Below, one piece after another: positions 35,901 to 49,310 of a stretch of 64,000 bases of DNA. Made by a program: the position numbers and the translations under genes. Under the pieces are notes generated by a model. It searched no databases. It was not told the DNA's origin and saw only the letters and a program-made list of their open reading frames with translations. Position 1 is the stretch's first letter. Each line of letters opens with the position of its first letter. This stretch comes from Eledone cirrhosa (Eukaryota). Location: assembly GCA_964016885.1 (NCBI GenBank), contig OZ024752.1:24800001-24864000 (forward strand), given 5' to 3'.

Positions 35901-38220
35901 ATGGTCCTTCTAGCCCTTACCAGCCCCAACAAACTCTGCTATTACTACTACTGTCCTTCTAGCCCTTACCAGCCCCAACAAACTCTGCCATTACTACTAC
36001 TGTCCTTCTAAACCTTACCAGCCCCAACAAACTCTGCCATTAATACTACTGTCCTTCTAGCCATTACCAGCCCCAACAAACTCTGCCATTACTAGTACTG
36101 TCCTTCTAGACCTTACCAGCCCCAACAAACTCTGCCATTACTACTACTGTCCTTCTAGCCCTTACCAGCACCAACAAACTCTGCCATTACTACTACTGTC
36201 CTTCTAGCCCTTACCAGCCCCAACCAACTCTGCCATTACTACTACTGTCTTTCGAGCCCTTACCAGCCCCAACACACTCTGCCATTACTACTACTGTCCT
36301 TCTAGCCCTTACTAGCCCCAACAAACTCTGCTATTACTACTACTGTCCTTCTAGCCCTTACCAGTCCCAACAAACTCTGCCATTACTACTACTGTCCTTC
36401 TAGCCCTTACTAGCCCCAACAAACTCTGCCATTACTATTACTTCCTAGCCATTACTGGCCCCAACATACTCTGCCATTACTGCTACTGTCCTTCTAGCCC
36501 TTACTAGCCCCAACAAACCCTGCCATTACTATTACTGTCCTTCTAGCCCTTACCAGCCCCAACAAACTCTGCTATTACTACTACTGTCCTTCTAGCCCTT
36601 ACCAGTCCCAACAAACTCTGCCATTACTACTACTGTCCTTCTAAACCTTACCAGCCCCAACAAACTCTGCCATTACTACTACTGTCCTTCTAGCCCTTAC
36701 TAGCCCCAACAAACTCTGCCATTACTACTACTGTCCTTCTAGCCCTTACCAGCCCCAACAAACTCTGCCATTACTACTACTGTCCTTCTAACCTTTACTA
36801 GCCACAACAAACTCTGCTATTACTACTACTGTCCTTCTAGCCCTTACCAACCCCAACCAACTCTCCCATTACTACTACTGTCCTTCGAGCCCTTACCAGC
36901 CCCAACAAACTCTGTCATTGCTACAACTGTCCTTCTAGCCCTTACTAGCCCCAACAAACTCTGCCATTACTACTACTGTCCTTCTAGCCCTTACCAGCCC
37001 CAACAAACTCTGCCATTACTACTACTGTTCTTCTAGCCCTTACTAGCCACAACAAACTCTGCCATTACTACTATTGTCCTTCTAGCCCTTACCAGCCCCA
37101 ACCAACTCTCCCATTACTACTACTGTCCTTCGAGCCCTTACCAGCCCCAACAAACTCTGTCATTGCTACAACTGTCCTTCTAGCCCTTACCAGCCCCAAC
37201 AAACTCTGCCATTACGACTACTGTCCTTCTAGACCTTACCAGCCCCAACAAACTCTGCCATTACTACTACTGACCTTCTAAACCTTACCAGCCCCAACAA
37301 ACTCTGCCATTACTACTACTGTCCTTCTAGCCCTTACTAGCCCAACAAACTCTGCCATTACTGCTACTGTCCTTCTAGCCCTTACCAGCCCCAACAAACT
37401 CTGCCATTACTACTACTGTCCTTCTAGCCCTTACTAGCCACAACAAACTCTGCCATTACTACTACTGTCCTTCTAGCCCTTACCAACCCCAACCAACTCT
37501 GCCATTACTACTACTGTCCTTCGAGCCCTTACCAGCCCCAACAAACTCTGTCATTGCTACAACTGTCCTTCTAGCCCTTACCAGCCCCAACAAACTCTGC
37601 CATTACTACTACTGTCCTTCTAGCCCTTACCAGCCCCAACCAACTCTGCCATTACTACTACCGTCTTTCGAGCCCTTACCAGCCCCAACAAACTCTGCCA
37701 TTACTACTACTGTCCTTCTAGCCTTTACTAGCCCCAACAAACTCTGCCATTACTACTACTGTCCTTCTAGCCCTTACCAGTCCCAACAAACTCTGCCATT
37801 ACTACTACTGTCCTTCTAGCCCTTACTAGCCCCCAACAACCTCTGCCATTACTACTACTGTCCTTCTAGCCCTTACTAGCCCCAACAAACTCTGCCATTA
37901 CTACTACTGTCCTTCTAGCCCTTACCAGCCCCAACAAACTCTGCCATTACGGCTACTGTCCTTCTAAACCTTACTAGCCCCAACAAACTCTGCCATTACT
38001 ACTACTGTCCTTCTAGCCCTTACCAGCACAAACAAACTCTGCCATTACTACTACTGTCCTTCTAGCCCTTACCAGCCCCAACAAACTCTGCCATTACTAC
38101 TACTGTCCTTGTAGCCTTTACTAGCCCAAACAAACTCTGCCATTACTACTAGTGTCCTTCTAGCCCTTACTAGCCCCAACAAACTCTGTCATTGCTACGA
38201 CTGTCCTTCTAGCCCTGCAC
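35765..38220. repeat. 49-bp minisatellite, ~50 copies
   Basis: Unit ccttaccagccccaacaaactctgccattactactactgtccttctagc. Confidence 0.97.
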
Positions 38221-38419
38221 CAAATAATTCGTGTTTACCATTATCTATGGAGCAGCGAAAGATAAATGGAACAACCTCGAATAAATAAATGAATATGAAT
38301 CCGCAAGTTACCAAGGACCCACGCGAAGGTTTAATTCAGAGGCAGGAAGCATACGCACTCCACGTCAAAAATCCACCCTTTGTTACGAATGATGGCAAAT
38401 GTCCAAAACTCTGAGTTGG

Positions 38420-40107
38420 CAGCATCCCCATAAGCACAATGAAAGCAAGGGAAGGAGAAATTATAGACATGCTAGAGTGAAAGGATATTGACGTATGCTG
38501 TGTGCAAGAGACTAGATGGAGAGGAGACCGCTAGAGTCCTTGTAGGCAAAAGTCAGTGTTATAAACTTTTCTTGGTGGGAAATGACAATGAGATGGGTGG
38601 TGTAGGTATACTATTAGCTGACAAATGGGTGAATAAGGTAATAACCACACATATTGTTAACCAGGTAATACTAGGTAATAATAAGGATTGGTGCAGCAGC
38701 ATCATCGTCAACTGCTACAAGGGTAAAGGAAATGCACTAGATAGAAGAAACTATAGAGGTATAAAGCTGATGGACCAGGTCATGAAAGTATCGGAAGAGT
38801 CATAGCACAGTTGATCAGGGACTGGGTAAAACTAGGTGAGATGTAGTTTGGGCTTGTGCCAGGAAAAAGTACCATTGATGCTCAATTCCTTGTGATGCAG
38901 TTACAGGAAAAGTACCTAGCTAAAAGTAAGCCGCTCTACCTGGCTCTTGTCGATCTGGAAAAAGCCTTCGACAGAGTTCCTGTGCTATAAGCTGGTCGGC
39001 TCTTAGAAAACTAGGAGTAGATGAACGGCTTGTGAAAGCTGTACAAGCCATGTATTGGGGAGCAGTCAGCAAAGTTAGGCTTAACAATGACTATAGCGAG
39101 GAATTTAGCATACAGGTCAGTGTCCTCCAGGGCTCCGTTCTTAGCCCTCTCCTGTTTATTATAGTATTGCAGGCTATAACAGAGGAGTTTAAGACCGGAT
39201 GCCCATGGGAACTCCTATATACGGATGATCTTACGATTATAGCTGAATCTATGGCAGAACTAAAGAAACAAGCACCACCAAACTCTGGGAGAGCTCTGTA
39301 GAAACAATAGTCAGCTTTTGCTACTTAGGTGGCCGAATGAGCAGCAGAGATGGGTGTTCTGAAAGTACAGTAACCAGGGTAACAACGGGATTGAAGAAGT
39401 TCAGGGAGCTACTGCCACTGCTAGCTACAAAAGGCTTTCCCTCAAAATGAAAGGCAGACAGTATGCATACGAACAGCAATGTTACATGGTAGTGAGACCT
39501 GGGCACTGTCTGTAGAAGACTTGCGTAGATTAGAAAGAAATGAAGTTTGCATGCTCCGATGGACGTGTAATAGTAATATAAGCGAACGGCAAAGCATTAA
39601 CGAATTGAGAGAGAGACTGAGCATAAGAGGAATCAAATGCTGTGTGCAGGAGAGGCGGTTGTGTTGGTATGGACATATGGTATGAAGGTTGATAGCTACA
39701 TAAACAGGTGCAGAGCACTAGAAATCGATGGAAACCGCGGAGTGGGAAGACCCAAGAAGATCTGGGACGAGGTGATAAAAGCCGACCTTACACAATTGCA
39801 CCTCTCAAGAGCGATGACACAGGACCGTGACCTCTGGCTTCATGCGGTAATACTGAAGCACATAGGCAATATGCCACCACCCCCTCCCACTGTAAAGTGG
39901 CCGTGGAGGTGTCACGACAAAAATGCACCCATCACTCACTGTGAGGTTGGTGTTAGGAAGGGCATCCAGCTGTAGGAATCAAGCCCAAATCAATTCTCAT
40001 CTGAGCGAGACAAGGTCTCCCTACCTGGCACTGCCTACAACAGGACAACCTGTCTAACCCATACTACCGTGGAAGAAGGGGCGTAAAACGGTAATGATGA
40101 TGATGAT
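38420..40107 (+). mobile_element. Degraded, internally deleted RTE-clade LINE
   Basis: APE N-terminus (IDVCCVQET), NYRGIKLM, LVDLEKAFDRV, QGSVLSPLLF, LLYTDDL, MLHGSETW, LCWYGH, GRPKKIW; (GAT)n tail; many stops. Confidence 0.85.
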
Positions 40108-40149
40108 ATACACATATATATATACACTGTGTACAGTATATATACACTA

Positions 40150-40645
40150 TATATATGTCCAAGGGAAAGGTTATGGCCGATACAGCTTGGCACTAGTGAC
40201 ATCACAACATATATATATATACAATATATATTATACAGTATATATACATTATATATATGTCCAAGGGAAAGGTTATGGCCGATACAGCTTGGCACTAGTG
40301 ACATCACAACATATATATATATACAATATATATTATACAGTATATATACATTATATATATGTCCAAGGGAAGGTTATGGCCGATACAGCTTGGCACTAGT
40401 GACATCACAACATATATATATATACAATATATATTATACAGTATATATACACTATATATATGTCCAAGGGAAAGATTATGGCCGATACAGCTTGGCACCA
40501 GTGACATCACAGCTCATTTCTACAGCTGAGTAAACTGGAGTAAAGTGATATAAAGTGTCTTGCTCAAGGACACAACACATCACCCGGTCCGAGAATCAAA
40601 CTCACCACCTTTTAATTGTAAGCCCAATGCTCTAACCACTAAGCC
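40150..40645 (-). mobile_element. SINE family B whose 3' domain is tandemly repeated four times (~103-bp period)
   Basis: tRNA-like head at ~40645; gtccaagggaaagg..gatacagcttggcac.agtgacatcac x4. Confidence 0.7.
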
Positions 40646-40685
40646 CTAATACTTTCCAGAACCAACCGTGATATAGAGAGACCAT

Positions 40686-43600
40686 TGTAGTAAGACGCCT
40701 TACGCCCCCTAGCGGATAATGGATCAGGCCTAGTTGTCTCCCCCTGGTTGAGAACCCTTTTCCTAGGTGAGCAGACAGCCACGGGAAAGCAGACGGTATA
40801 CACGCCACAGAAAACAGCCTCTGTACCACGAAACGATAAACAGCCATCGGGAACAGCAAACACCACAATACCTTTGTAATTGTAATACTTCCCTTCACCA
40901 CATCTGGATCACGTATATATTTGGTATGTTTCATTTGTAATATAATAAACACATATAAACAAAATAAACATCATCATTATTTACATTTGTTGAATATAAC
41001 TCTCGTTGTGGTTATTGTCTTGTTTACGCACACACCAACTCACTTGTTATAATTCTCACTTACAAAAAATGGTAAATAGACGAGGGACCTTCCCTCACGT
41101 CTATATCGATAAACAATCCAACTAGGATACACCATTTTTGCACACTGGTGACCGACGTAAGAATTTTACGCAGCCTTTTTATACATTTGAACTTCACTGT
41201 TATTGCCACGTTGCCAACCTTTTCGCAACTTACGAAAATACAAAAAAAAGGAAAGGACAGAGAAATAATAAAGTGTTTATACGGTATTCACAAGGTATAC
41301 AAACCAGCCAAAAAATGTTTACAAGATGGCGTTGCTTTCCTCCCCCGTTTTGTAATTTTCCGCCAGGACGGACATTTTGAATTGCGTGCGTGTGTTGCAT
41401 ATTTGATCAAGGAAAAAAACTTCTTTGTGAACATTACTACCCCGCAGGGGATATACATGCCTTACTTTTTTTCTAAGGGATTTTTAGCCACAGGCTACCA
41501 ACGCGGATATATTCTAAAACAAACATTTAAAAAAAAATCTTTTTCACGGGTTATTTGATTTGGCTTGCCCGTTGAAGCAACACAAGGGGACAGACGTTGA
41601 AGGAAAATTTTTTTTTTTTTTTTTTAAATATATATATGTATTTTATGTATTTTTCCTATTTCCTAATGTTTTGAATGTCTGTTTCTTTTTGACCTTTGAT
41701 TTTTTTTCCATTTTGGGTGTTTGCTTTTCCCTGTACGAGGGAACATTAATTGCTGTTTATATATATATATTTTTTTTTATTTTTAACGTTTCACAATGGA
41801 TACGCCACATTTGCCCGCCTTTACCGGAAACCCTAAGCTGTGGTTCGCCCAGCTACAGGCGTATTTTACGGTCTGTAAGACCGAGTCTGACCAGCGCCTC
41901 GCTGTCTTGATTAGCGGACTTCCCCCTAATTTAGCAGATTCGGTCCAAGACCTAATTACAGACCCCCCTCTGACTTAACGTATGAGTCTTTAAAAGGCGA
42001 GATCTGGAGAAGGAACTGTAAGTCGGTAGAGAGTCGTTTTCGGTCATTGATCGAGGACGAACGACTAGGTGACAGGACCCCTACCGCTTTTCTCCGGAAT
42101 TTGCGGGATTTGAATGATTCCCAGGATCAGGATAGCCCTTTCCTGAAGCAATTGTTCTTCTCTCGCCTACCTCAAGAGGTACAGGCGATCCTAGCCCATA
42201 TACTAGAAATAAATACCCTCGACCACATTGCTGTCTCTGCTGACAAAATAGTAGAAGTGACGAAGAGAGACACTTCGAAGCAAAAGTACGTTGCTTCTTC
42301 TTCTCTTCCTCAATCACGCTCATCAGCGAGTGATGAGAAGTTAGTCAAAACAATGGAAGCCATGACTCGTCAAATGGTTGAGTTGTGCCAGGAATTCAGG
42401 TCTTTTGGACGGCAGAGGAGCCGCTCACGATCTTTTTCAACTCCTCGCCACCGTAGCCTTTCCAAAACACCAAATCCAACATATTGTTATTACCATGACA
42501 AATATGGTAACAAAGCCGCCCGTTGTAGGCCTCCTTGTGCTTACAAGGGAAACGACGACCAGAGTCACTAACGGCGGATAGTGCGCTCTGCGAAACATCA
42601 TCCAACCACCACTTTTTTTATTGAGGACCTGCTATCAGGTAGAGCCTTTCTGGTTGACACAGGTGCAGTTTGTTCAATATGGCCTGTGTGTTGTATGAAG
42701 GAGACTCCCCCTGAGACACCTATTGAGTTGCAGGCAGTAAATTGTTCGCCGATTCGAATCTTCGGACAAATCTCGCTACCTTTGCAGTTCCGTAATCTGC
42801 GGCGTGAGTTTAAATGGATATTTACTGTCGCTGCCTTGCCGTATCCGATTCTAGGCGTGGATTTTCTCCACCATTTTTCATTGACGGTGGACCTCCGTCG
42901 TAAGCGCCTAATTGATGGCATCACTGGTTTAACTGTTGTTGGCAAGGCAGCAGGAGTTCCAACGGTTAGCCCGACCTTTTTTCTTGCTAACACCGGCGAT
43001 ACTTGCCATGCGTTGTTGAACTCGTTCCCGCAACTGACTCAGGGAAATTTTTGAGTTGATGAGCCAACTCATACCACGGAGCACTTCATAACTACAACTG
43101 GTGCTCCCGTTTTTTCTCATCCTCGTCGCTTGCCTCCGGACAAACTCAAAGCAGTACGATCAGAGTTTGATCATATGCTGCAGTTGGGGATTATTCGTCC
43201 GTCCACGAGCTCGTGGGCATCCCCATTACACATGGTACCGAAAGCGACTGGCGATTGGAGACCTACTGGAGATTATCGACGCTTAAATTTGATAACGGAA
43301 CCGGACCGTTATCCTATCCCTCATCTGCAAAACTTTGGGTCTTCGTTGCAGGGATGCAAGATATTCTCCAAACTGGATTTAATTCGTGCGTACCATCAAA
43401 TTCCTGTCCATAAAAATGACATTCCAAAAACGGCTATAGTTACGCCATTTGGGTCATTTGAGTTTTTGACCATGCCGTTCGAATTAAGGAATGCCGCTAG
43501 TACGTTTCAGCGGTTTATGGATGAGGTTACTCGTGGCCTCGATTTCGTCTATACCTATATTGACGACCTGCTCATTGCTAGTTCTTCTCAAGAGCAACAT

Positions 43601-44430
43601 ACGCACCATTTGAATCTTCTTTTCCGCCGATTGAAGGCGTATAACGTGCAGATTAATGCACCCAAATGTGTTTTTGGTGCTGAGTCACTGACTCTCTTGG
43701 GTCACGTCATCGATGCTGACGGTATTCGACCCCGGCCTGAGCGAGTTAAGGTCATAGAGGATTTGCCTCCACCGACCTAACTACGTCAGTTACGCCAGTT
43801 CTTAGGCCTGATTAACTTTTATATGCGTTTCGTGCCAAATTGTGCAAGATTGCTTTTCTCCCTGACAGAAATTTAAAAAAATTGTCGGAAGAAGAATGCA
43901 GACATTTCTTTGACCGAGACTCAACTTGCTGATTTTCAGCACGCCAAAACTGCTTTGGCTAATGCCTCTTTACTGGCTCACCCGGTGCCCGGTGCAAAGC
44001 TAACGCTTTGTGTTGATGCATCGGATATTGCTGTGGGGGCAGTGCTACAGCAAAACATCAATGGTTACCAGCAACCGCTGGAGTTCTTTTCCAGAAAGAT
44101 GAAACCTGCTGAGACGCGCTACAGCACCTTTGGAAGGGAGCTTTTAGCCATCTATTTAGCCGTGAAACATTTTTCACATATGCTAGAGGGTAGACTATTT
44201 ACTATCCTCACTGACCATAAACCATTGACTTTTACGTTGAGAGCGAAGGCTGATAAATACTCGCCCAGAGAGACGAGAAACCTTGATTTCATCTCGCAAT
44301 ATACGAATGATATCCAACACATTCTGGGTTCACTGAATACAGCGGCCGATGCTTTGTCCCGCTTACCCGTGACAGCGATCTCGTCACCCTCTGACATAGA
44401 TCTGACTCGTTTGGCTGCGGATCAGCCTCA
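40686..44430 (+). mobile_element. 3'-truncated Ty3/Gypsy LTR retrotransposon, CsRn1-like clade
   Basis: Putative 5' LTR TGT..ACA (~40686-41144); PBS TGGTGACCGACGT (41146-41158) resembling the tRNA-Trp complement; gag-PR-RT-RNaseH present; no integrase or 3' LTR. Confidence 0.85.
41796..42571 (+). pseudogene. gag: Disrupted Gypsy gag
   Basis: LPAF..NPKLWFAQ, LGDRTP, FFSRLP, and a CYYH..G..A..CRPPC (CHCC-type) knuckle; broken near 41978. Confidence 0.8.
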
Positions 44431-44449
44431 TTTGCATACTCAATCATAA
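42581..44449 (+). pseudogene. pol: Disrupted Gypsy pol (protease, RT, RNase H)
   Basis: [66 protein letters not shown]; stops at ~43054, ~43780 and ~43875. Confidence 0.9.
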
Positions 44450-44562
44450 TTCTCTATAACCCTCAATAAATGTAATATCTCCACTATCCAAGAAGCTCCA
44501 ACCGTTAAGGTTGTCTTTTTTCAGGGTATGTCAATATTAATTTATAAAACTAATCTGTATTG

Positions 44563-44628
44563 TATTTTATCTGATGAAAGCGCACCATAATTTGCCTTGG
44601 TGGCCCTTGAAATATGTATAATAAAATA
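44563..44628 (+). ncRNA. Type I hammerhead in a solo pLTR (same family as 18007)
   Basis: tattttat-CTGATGA-aagcgcacca..tggtggccctt-GAAA-tatgta-TA-ataaaata. Confidence 0.7.
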
Positions 44629-44761
44629 AATATGGCTTTATAAATATAGTTTCCATTTATTAATATATTGTATATTTACTCCACTAATTGTTGAGTGCTT
44701 TATATGAGTTATAAAAAATGTTTAAGCTGTTGAATCCCAACAAATTAAATATAACCTCTGC

Positions 44762-44792
<31 letters not shown>

Positions 44793-44798
44793 TAATTG

Positions 44799-45362
44799 AA
44801 TATAAAAGAAAAACGAACACAGATACATATATACATATATGTGTTCAAATCGCAAGGGACCAGATTCACTAATGTGAAAAGAATACTAACTATAGACAAT
44901 AGGGTTTGCCTGTCTCAATTTAAGAAAAAATCCAGAAAATAAATACAAACTGGAATTGTGGTAACTACCAATCACCCAGACAGCTCTTGGTGCTGTTTCG
45001 CAATATTAATTGTGAATAGAAATACCAATTCTAGCTCATCAGTGGGTGAAAAATTATTATCCTAGACACTTCTAAGTATATTAAGAAACTGAAAGAAGTG
45101 TCTAGGATACTAATTCTTCACCCACTGATGAGCTAGAATTGGTATTTCTATTCACATTCAATATTGCAAAACAGCACCGAGAGCTGTCTGGGTGATTGGT
45201 AGTTAACACAATTCCGGTTTGTAATTTTCTTGATTTTTCTCTTAAATTGAGACAGGCAAGCCCTATTGTCTATAGTTAGTATTCTTTTCACCTTAGCAAA
45301 TCTGGTCCCTTACGATTTGAACAGATATATGTATATATCTGTGTTCGTTTTTCTTTTATATT
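44799..45362. repeat. Fold-back (arms ~44799-45072 and 45095-45362), each arm with a hammerhead
   Basis: Imperfect inverted arms with a ~22-nt spacer. Confidence 0.85.
44972..45049 (-). ncRNA. Type I hammerhead with an extended stem II insertion; the plus-strand twin (45118-45195) has GAAA mutated to AAAA
   Basis: Reverse complement: tcaccca-CTGATGA-gc..gc-GAAA-cagc-accaaga-gctg-TC-tgggtga. Confidence 0.75.
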
Positions 45363-46779
45363 ATATTATAATATACGGCTGGGAAAAATTTTTTCTTAGA
45401 GCTATTTTATTGTAAGAGACTATTTTGAGTTTCTAACTCAACCTTTGATATATATATATAAATATTTTATTATTTTTTATTTTTTAATACATTACTCAAA
45501 GGGAAGAAATATACTGACATATATCAAAGATTACCACAATAGCTAGGGAGCGGAGGACAAGATATGTTGGACATTGCTACTGAGGAGATCTGCCATATTT
45601 ATCCTGGTTCTCTGCTCTCTGGGTTTAAATCCTGCTGAGGTCAACTTTCTTTTATCCATTGAAGGTTGATAAAAAATAATACCAGTCTATCACTGGGGTC
45701 TGTTCTTCTGATCTATATTTCTATCTCACTTCCTCCCTCTTATTCTTTCTCCTTCTCTGGAAGAAATCAACTGTTCAAACCTGGAGAGTGAAGGGCTCCA
45801 CCAAGCTTCAAATGTCCACAGTGACACCCTTATGACTACATCATTTAAAAAAACGAAAAACCATTGATGTGTTTATATGTGTTTATTTTGTAAACCTTAA
45901 CTGGTTTATATTTATATTTATGACAAAATATCCACATGTATAAATAAAAACAATTGCATAACTTTAATATTTGTTGGATGGTACTTTCATGACGGTTGAA
46001 ATTTTGACTTATAAAAAAAATAATTCACATTTGAAAATACTTTACAACTTTCTTCTCTTTTTCTTCAGCCATTTATATCTGAGAGGGTTGTAGGGGGTAG
46101 AGTCCTCTCACACCCCTTCTAGGTCCTATGTGTGTAAAATTTCCTCTTTGTGTGTGTAGACACACGCAACAACACATCACCCTGCACACACACACACACC
46201 ATATCAAAACACCACAACAGACACATACAAACCAGGTAGGATCTTGATTTTAGTGATTTTTTTGTAATAAATCTCAACATCTCAGTTCTTACCAAGTGGA
46301 GTTTAACTCATCAGATTGGACCAAGAAAACAATGTTTCCATTGGTCTTTCCAATTGATGATATTGAATCGGATTAGAAAGAAAGAAAAAAAAAATAGAGA
46401 ATATATTTATTTGCCGTTGTGTTGCCAAACGATGCCAAAAGCCATTGACCTGCATCTTTGGTCAAGAAGGCCATTGGAGTGTCACTCATAGAAGCTGATA
46501 CAGCAGCCAGCTTGACAGCCGATATAGGTAGCACCAACAATTATCAGTACCATTAACAAGAGGAAGGCAACGACAACAACAGTGACAATAACGACCCCGC
46601 AGCTTCGGTTAAAGAAGGCATTCGAGCCCCAGCAACCAGCCTGGCAGCCCCAATAGGTAACAGTTTCAACTACCACCACCATCAACAAGAGGAAGGCAGC
46701 GACAGCAGCGGTGACATTAACAACAACAACATATATGTGTATACACCAACAACTTACCAACAAACACTACCACTACCTT

Positions 46780-47310
46780 TAACTAATTGTCTCCAATGAC
46801 ATCCATGCTTGTTGACATCCATGCCAGCTGATGTTGATAGTTCGTTGGTCTTTTCGGAATGTGATCCACCAGGTCATCTTTGGTCGGCCTCTTTTCCACT
46901 TGCATTCAAGGGGAATCCATGTGATCGCTGTTTTGGACAGGTGATCTGGGAGGTGCAGAATCTGAGCTGCAAAATGGAACCAAAGTTCTATGATGATCTC
47001 CTGCAGTGGATGTGACCCTACTCTCCACAGGATCTCCCCAGCTGACCTTTAGAATCTTATGCAGGCTCCTTTGATGGAAAGTTTTTAGACACCTATCCAT
47101 CTTCACAGTGTGTTTCCATTTTTCACAGTCAGAGGTGGGCTTAAGAAGTACAATGCTAGTGTACAAGCGCAACTTGAAATACAAGCTGATGGCTCTGTTT
47201 GACCAAATTGAGTGCATCCATTGGAACACCGCAGTCACGTTTACAACCCTGCAGTTGATGTCCAGCTCAAAGTTGCCGCTGTTGCTCAGGATACTGTCAA
47301 GTATGTATAG
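46780..47310 (-). mobile_element. RTE-group LINE 3' fragment
   Basis: FKLRLYTSIVL..CEKWK..TFHQRSLHKILKVSW. Confidence 0.7.
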
Positions 47311-47311
47311 A

Positions 47312-47858
<547 letters not shown>

Positions 47859-48447
47859 AGTGCATCGATAGTTAATCGACTTTCGTCAAATCGGACCGAG
47901 AAAACAATGTTTCCGTTGGTCTTTCCATTTGCTAATACTATCTATCGGTCGCAACTCCAGGTAGAAGGAGCAACAGAAATAAAGTGTCTTGCTCAAGGAC
48001 ATAACGCATCGCCCAGTCCGAGAATCAATCTCACAACATCATGATTGCCAATCCAATTCTCTAACCACTCAGTCACGCATCTGTATATAGGGTATATATT
48101 AGTTGTGATGACACTGGCACCAAGTTATATCAGCAATTGACCTTACTTTGCTACTGAGGGTAGGATGAGCTGGCTATTGTTGTAGATACCTAAACATTGT
48201 AAGACCCTAGTGGGATGACTGAGATTGACCTACATAGATCAGATGTCTCAGGATGTCCAGCTGGAGATTAATGATCTTAGGAATGCCATGGAAGATCGTG
48301 ACATCTAAAAATGAAGAGTAGAATTGTTCTGGCCAATGCACCTGACCTAATAAATCTAAACTATAATAAAGTAAGAAGCGCGGGACTGCGTACAGTTTAT
48401 AATTTTTTTATCCCATTAGTAAAATAATTTGCATTACATTGAATAAA

Positions 48448-48627
48448 TAATTGTTTCTACTTTAGGCACAAGGCCAGCACATACCCAGTGCATTACTGGT
48501 ACTTTATTTTATCGACCCCGTAAGGATGAAAGGCAAAGTCAACCTCGGCGGGATTTGAACTCAGATCGTAAAGGGACCTAACTATGCTGGAAAGCATGGC
48601 GTCCGACCCTCTACCGATACTGCCATT
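48448..48627 (-). mobile_element. SINE family A
   Basis: Reverse complement of the family-A pattern with A and B boxes. Confidence 0.75.
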
Positions 48628-48818
48628 GAATAAATAATGAATGAATATTACATAATTTATCTACTAAATTTCGTGGCTGTTGATTTAATATATTTTGTTT
48701 ATTTAAAGATTCACTTCTTTAAAATTACTGAAATGTCAACACTTCCGGTTGGCCATTGCTTAAATAAACATTTATATATTTCCGTCACTAATTTTCTCCT
48801 AATGCAGTTTATATATAA

Positions 48819-49266
48819 CTAGCAGAGGTACCCGGCGTTACTCAGATATTAAATAGCAGTTGTGTATACCATTTATGTCAATACTTCAGTGCTGCTTCGA
48901 AAACTATACCTTTACAAAATCATCTGCTTTTTCCAAAAGGGGGTTCCTGCCCCCAGGAGTCCCCTACCCAATATGTGCCAATTCTGAGAGTTCACATTCA
49001 TCTGTAGGACAAACGTAGCCCATGTGTCAAGTTTTGTGAAAATCGGTTGCGAACTCCAGAAGTTATGACGTTTAGTTGCATTGCACTGCAGTGCTTCAGT
49101 CGACTCCAAGGAAGTGGTTAAAGTGGTTATCTGCCGGAGGGCCCTATAATCAATATCTGGAAAAATGACAGTGCCCATGACCATCCGGAGCACATAAGTA
49201 ACCTATGTCTTAAGTTTGGTGAAAATACTGTAGAAATGCATAAGGTTTATACACACGCGCATGCGT

Positions 49267-49310
<44 letters not shown>

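Noticed and set aside
35765-38220. CRISPR-like periodicity (also 52090-52950 and 40150-40510)
   Set aside because: Contiguous tandem units with no unique spacers and no cas genes, in eukaryotic context.
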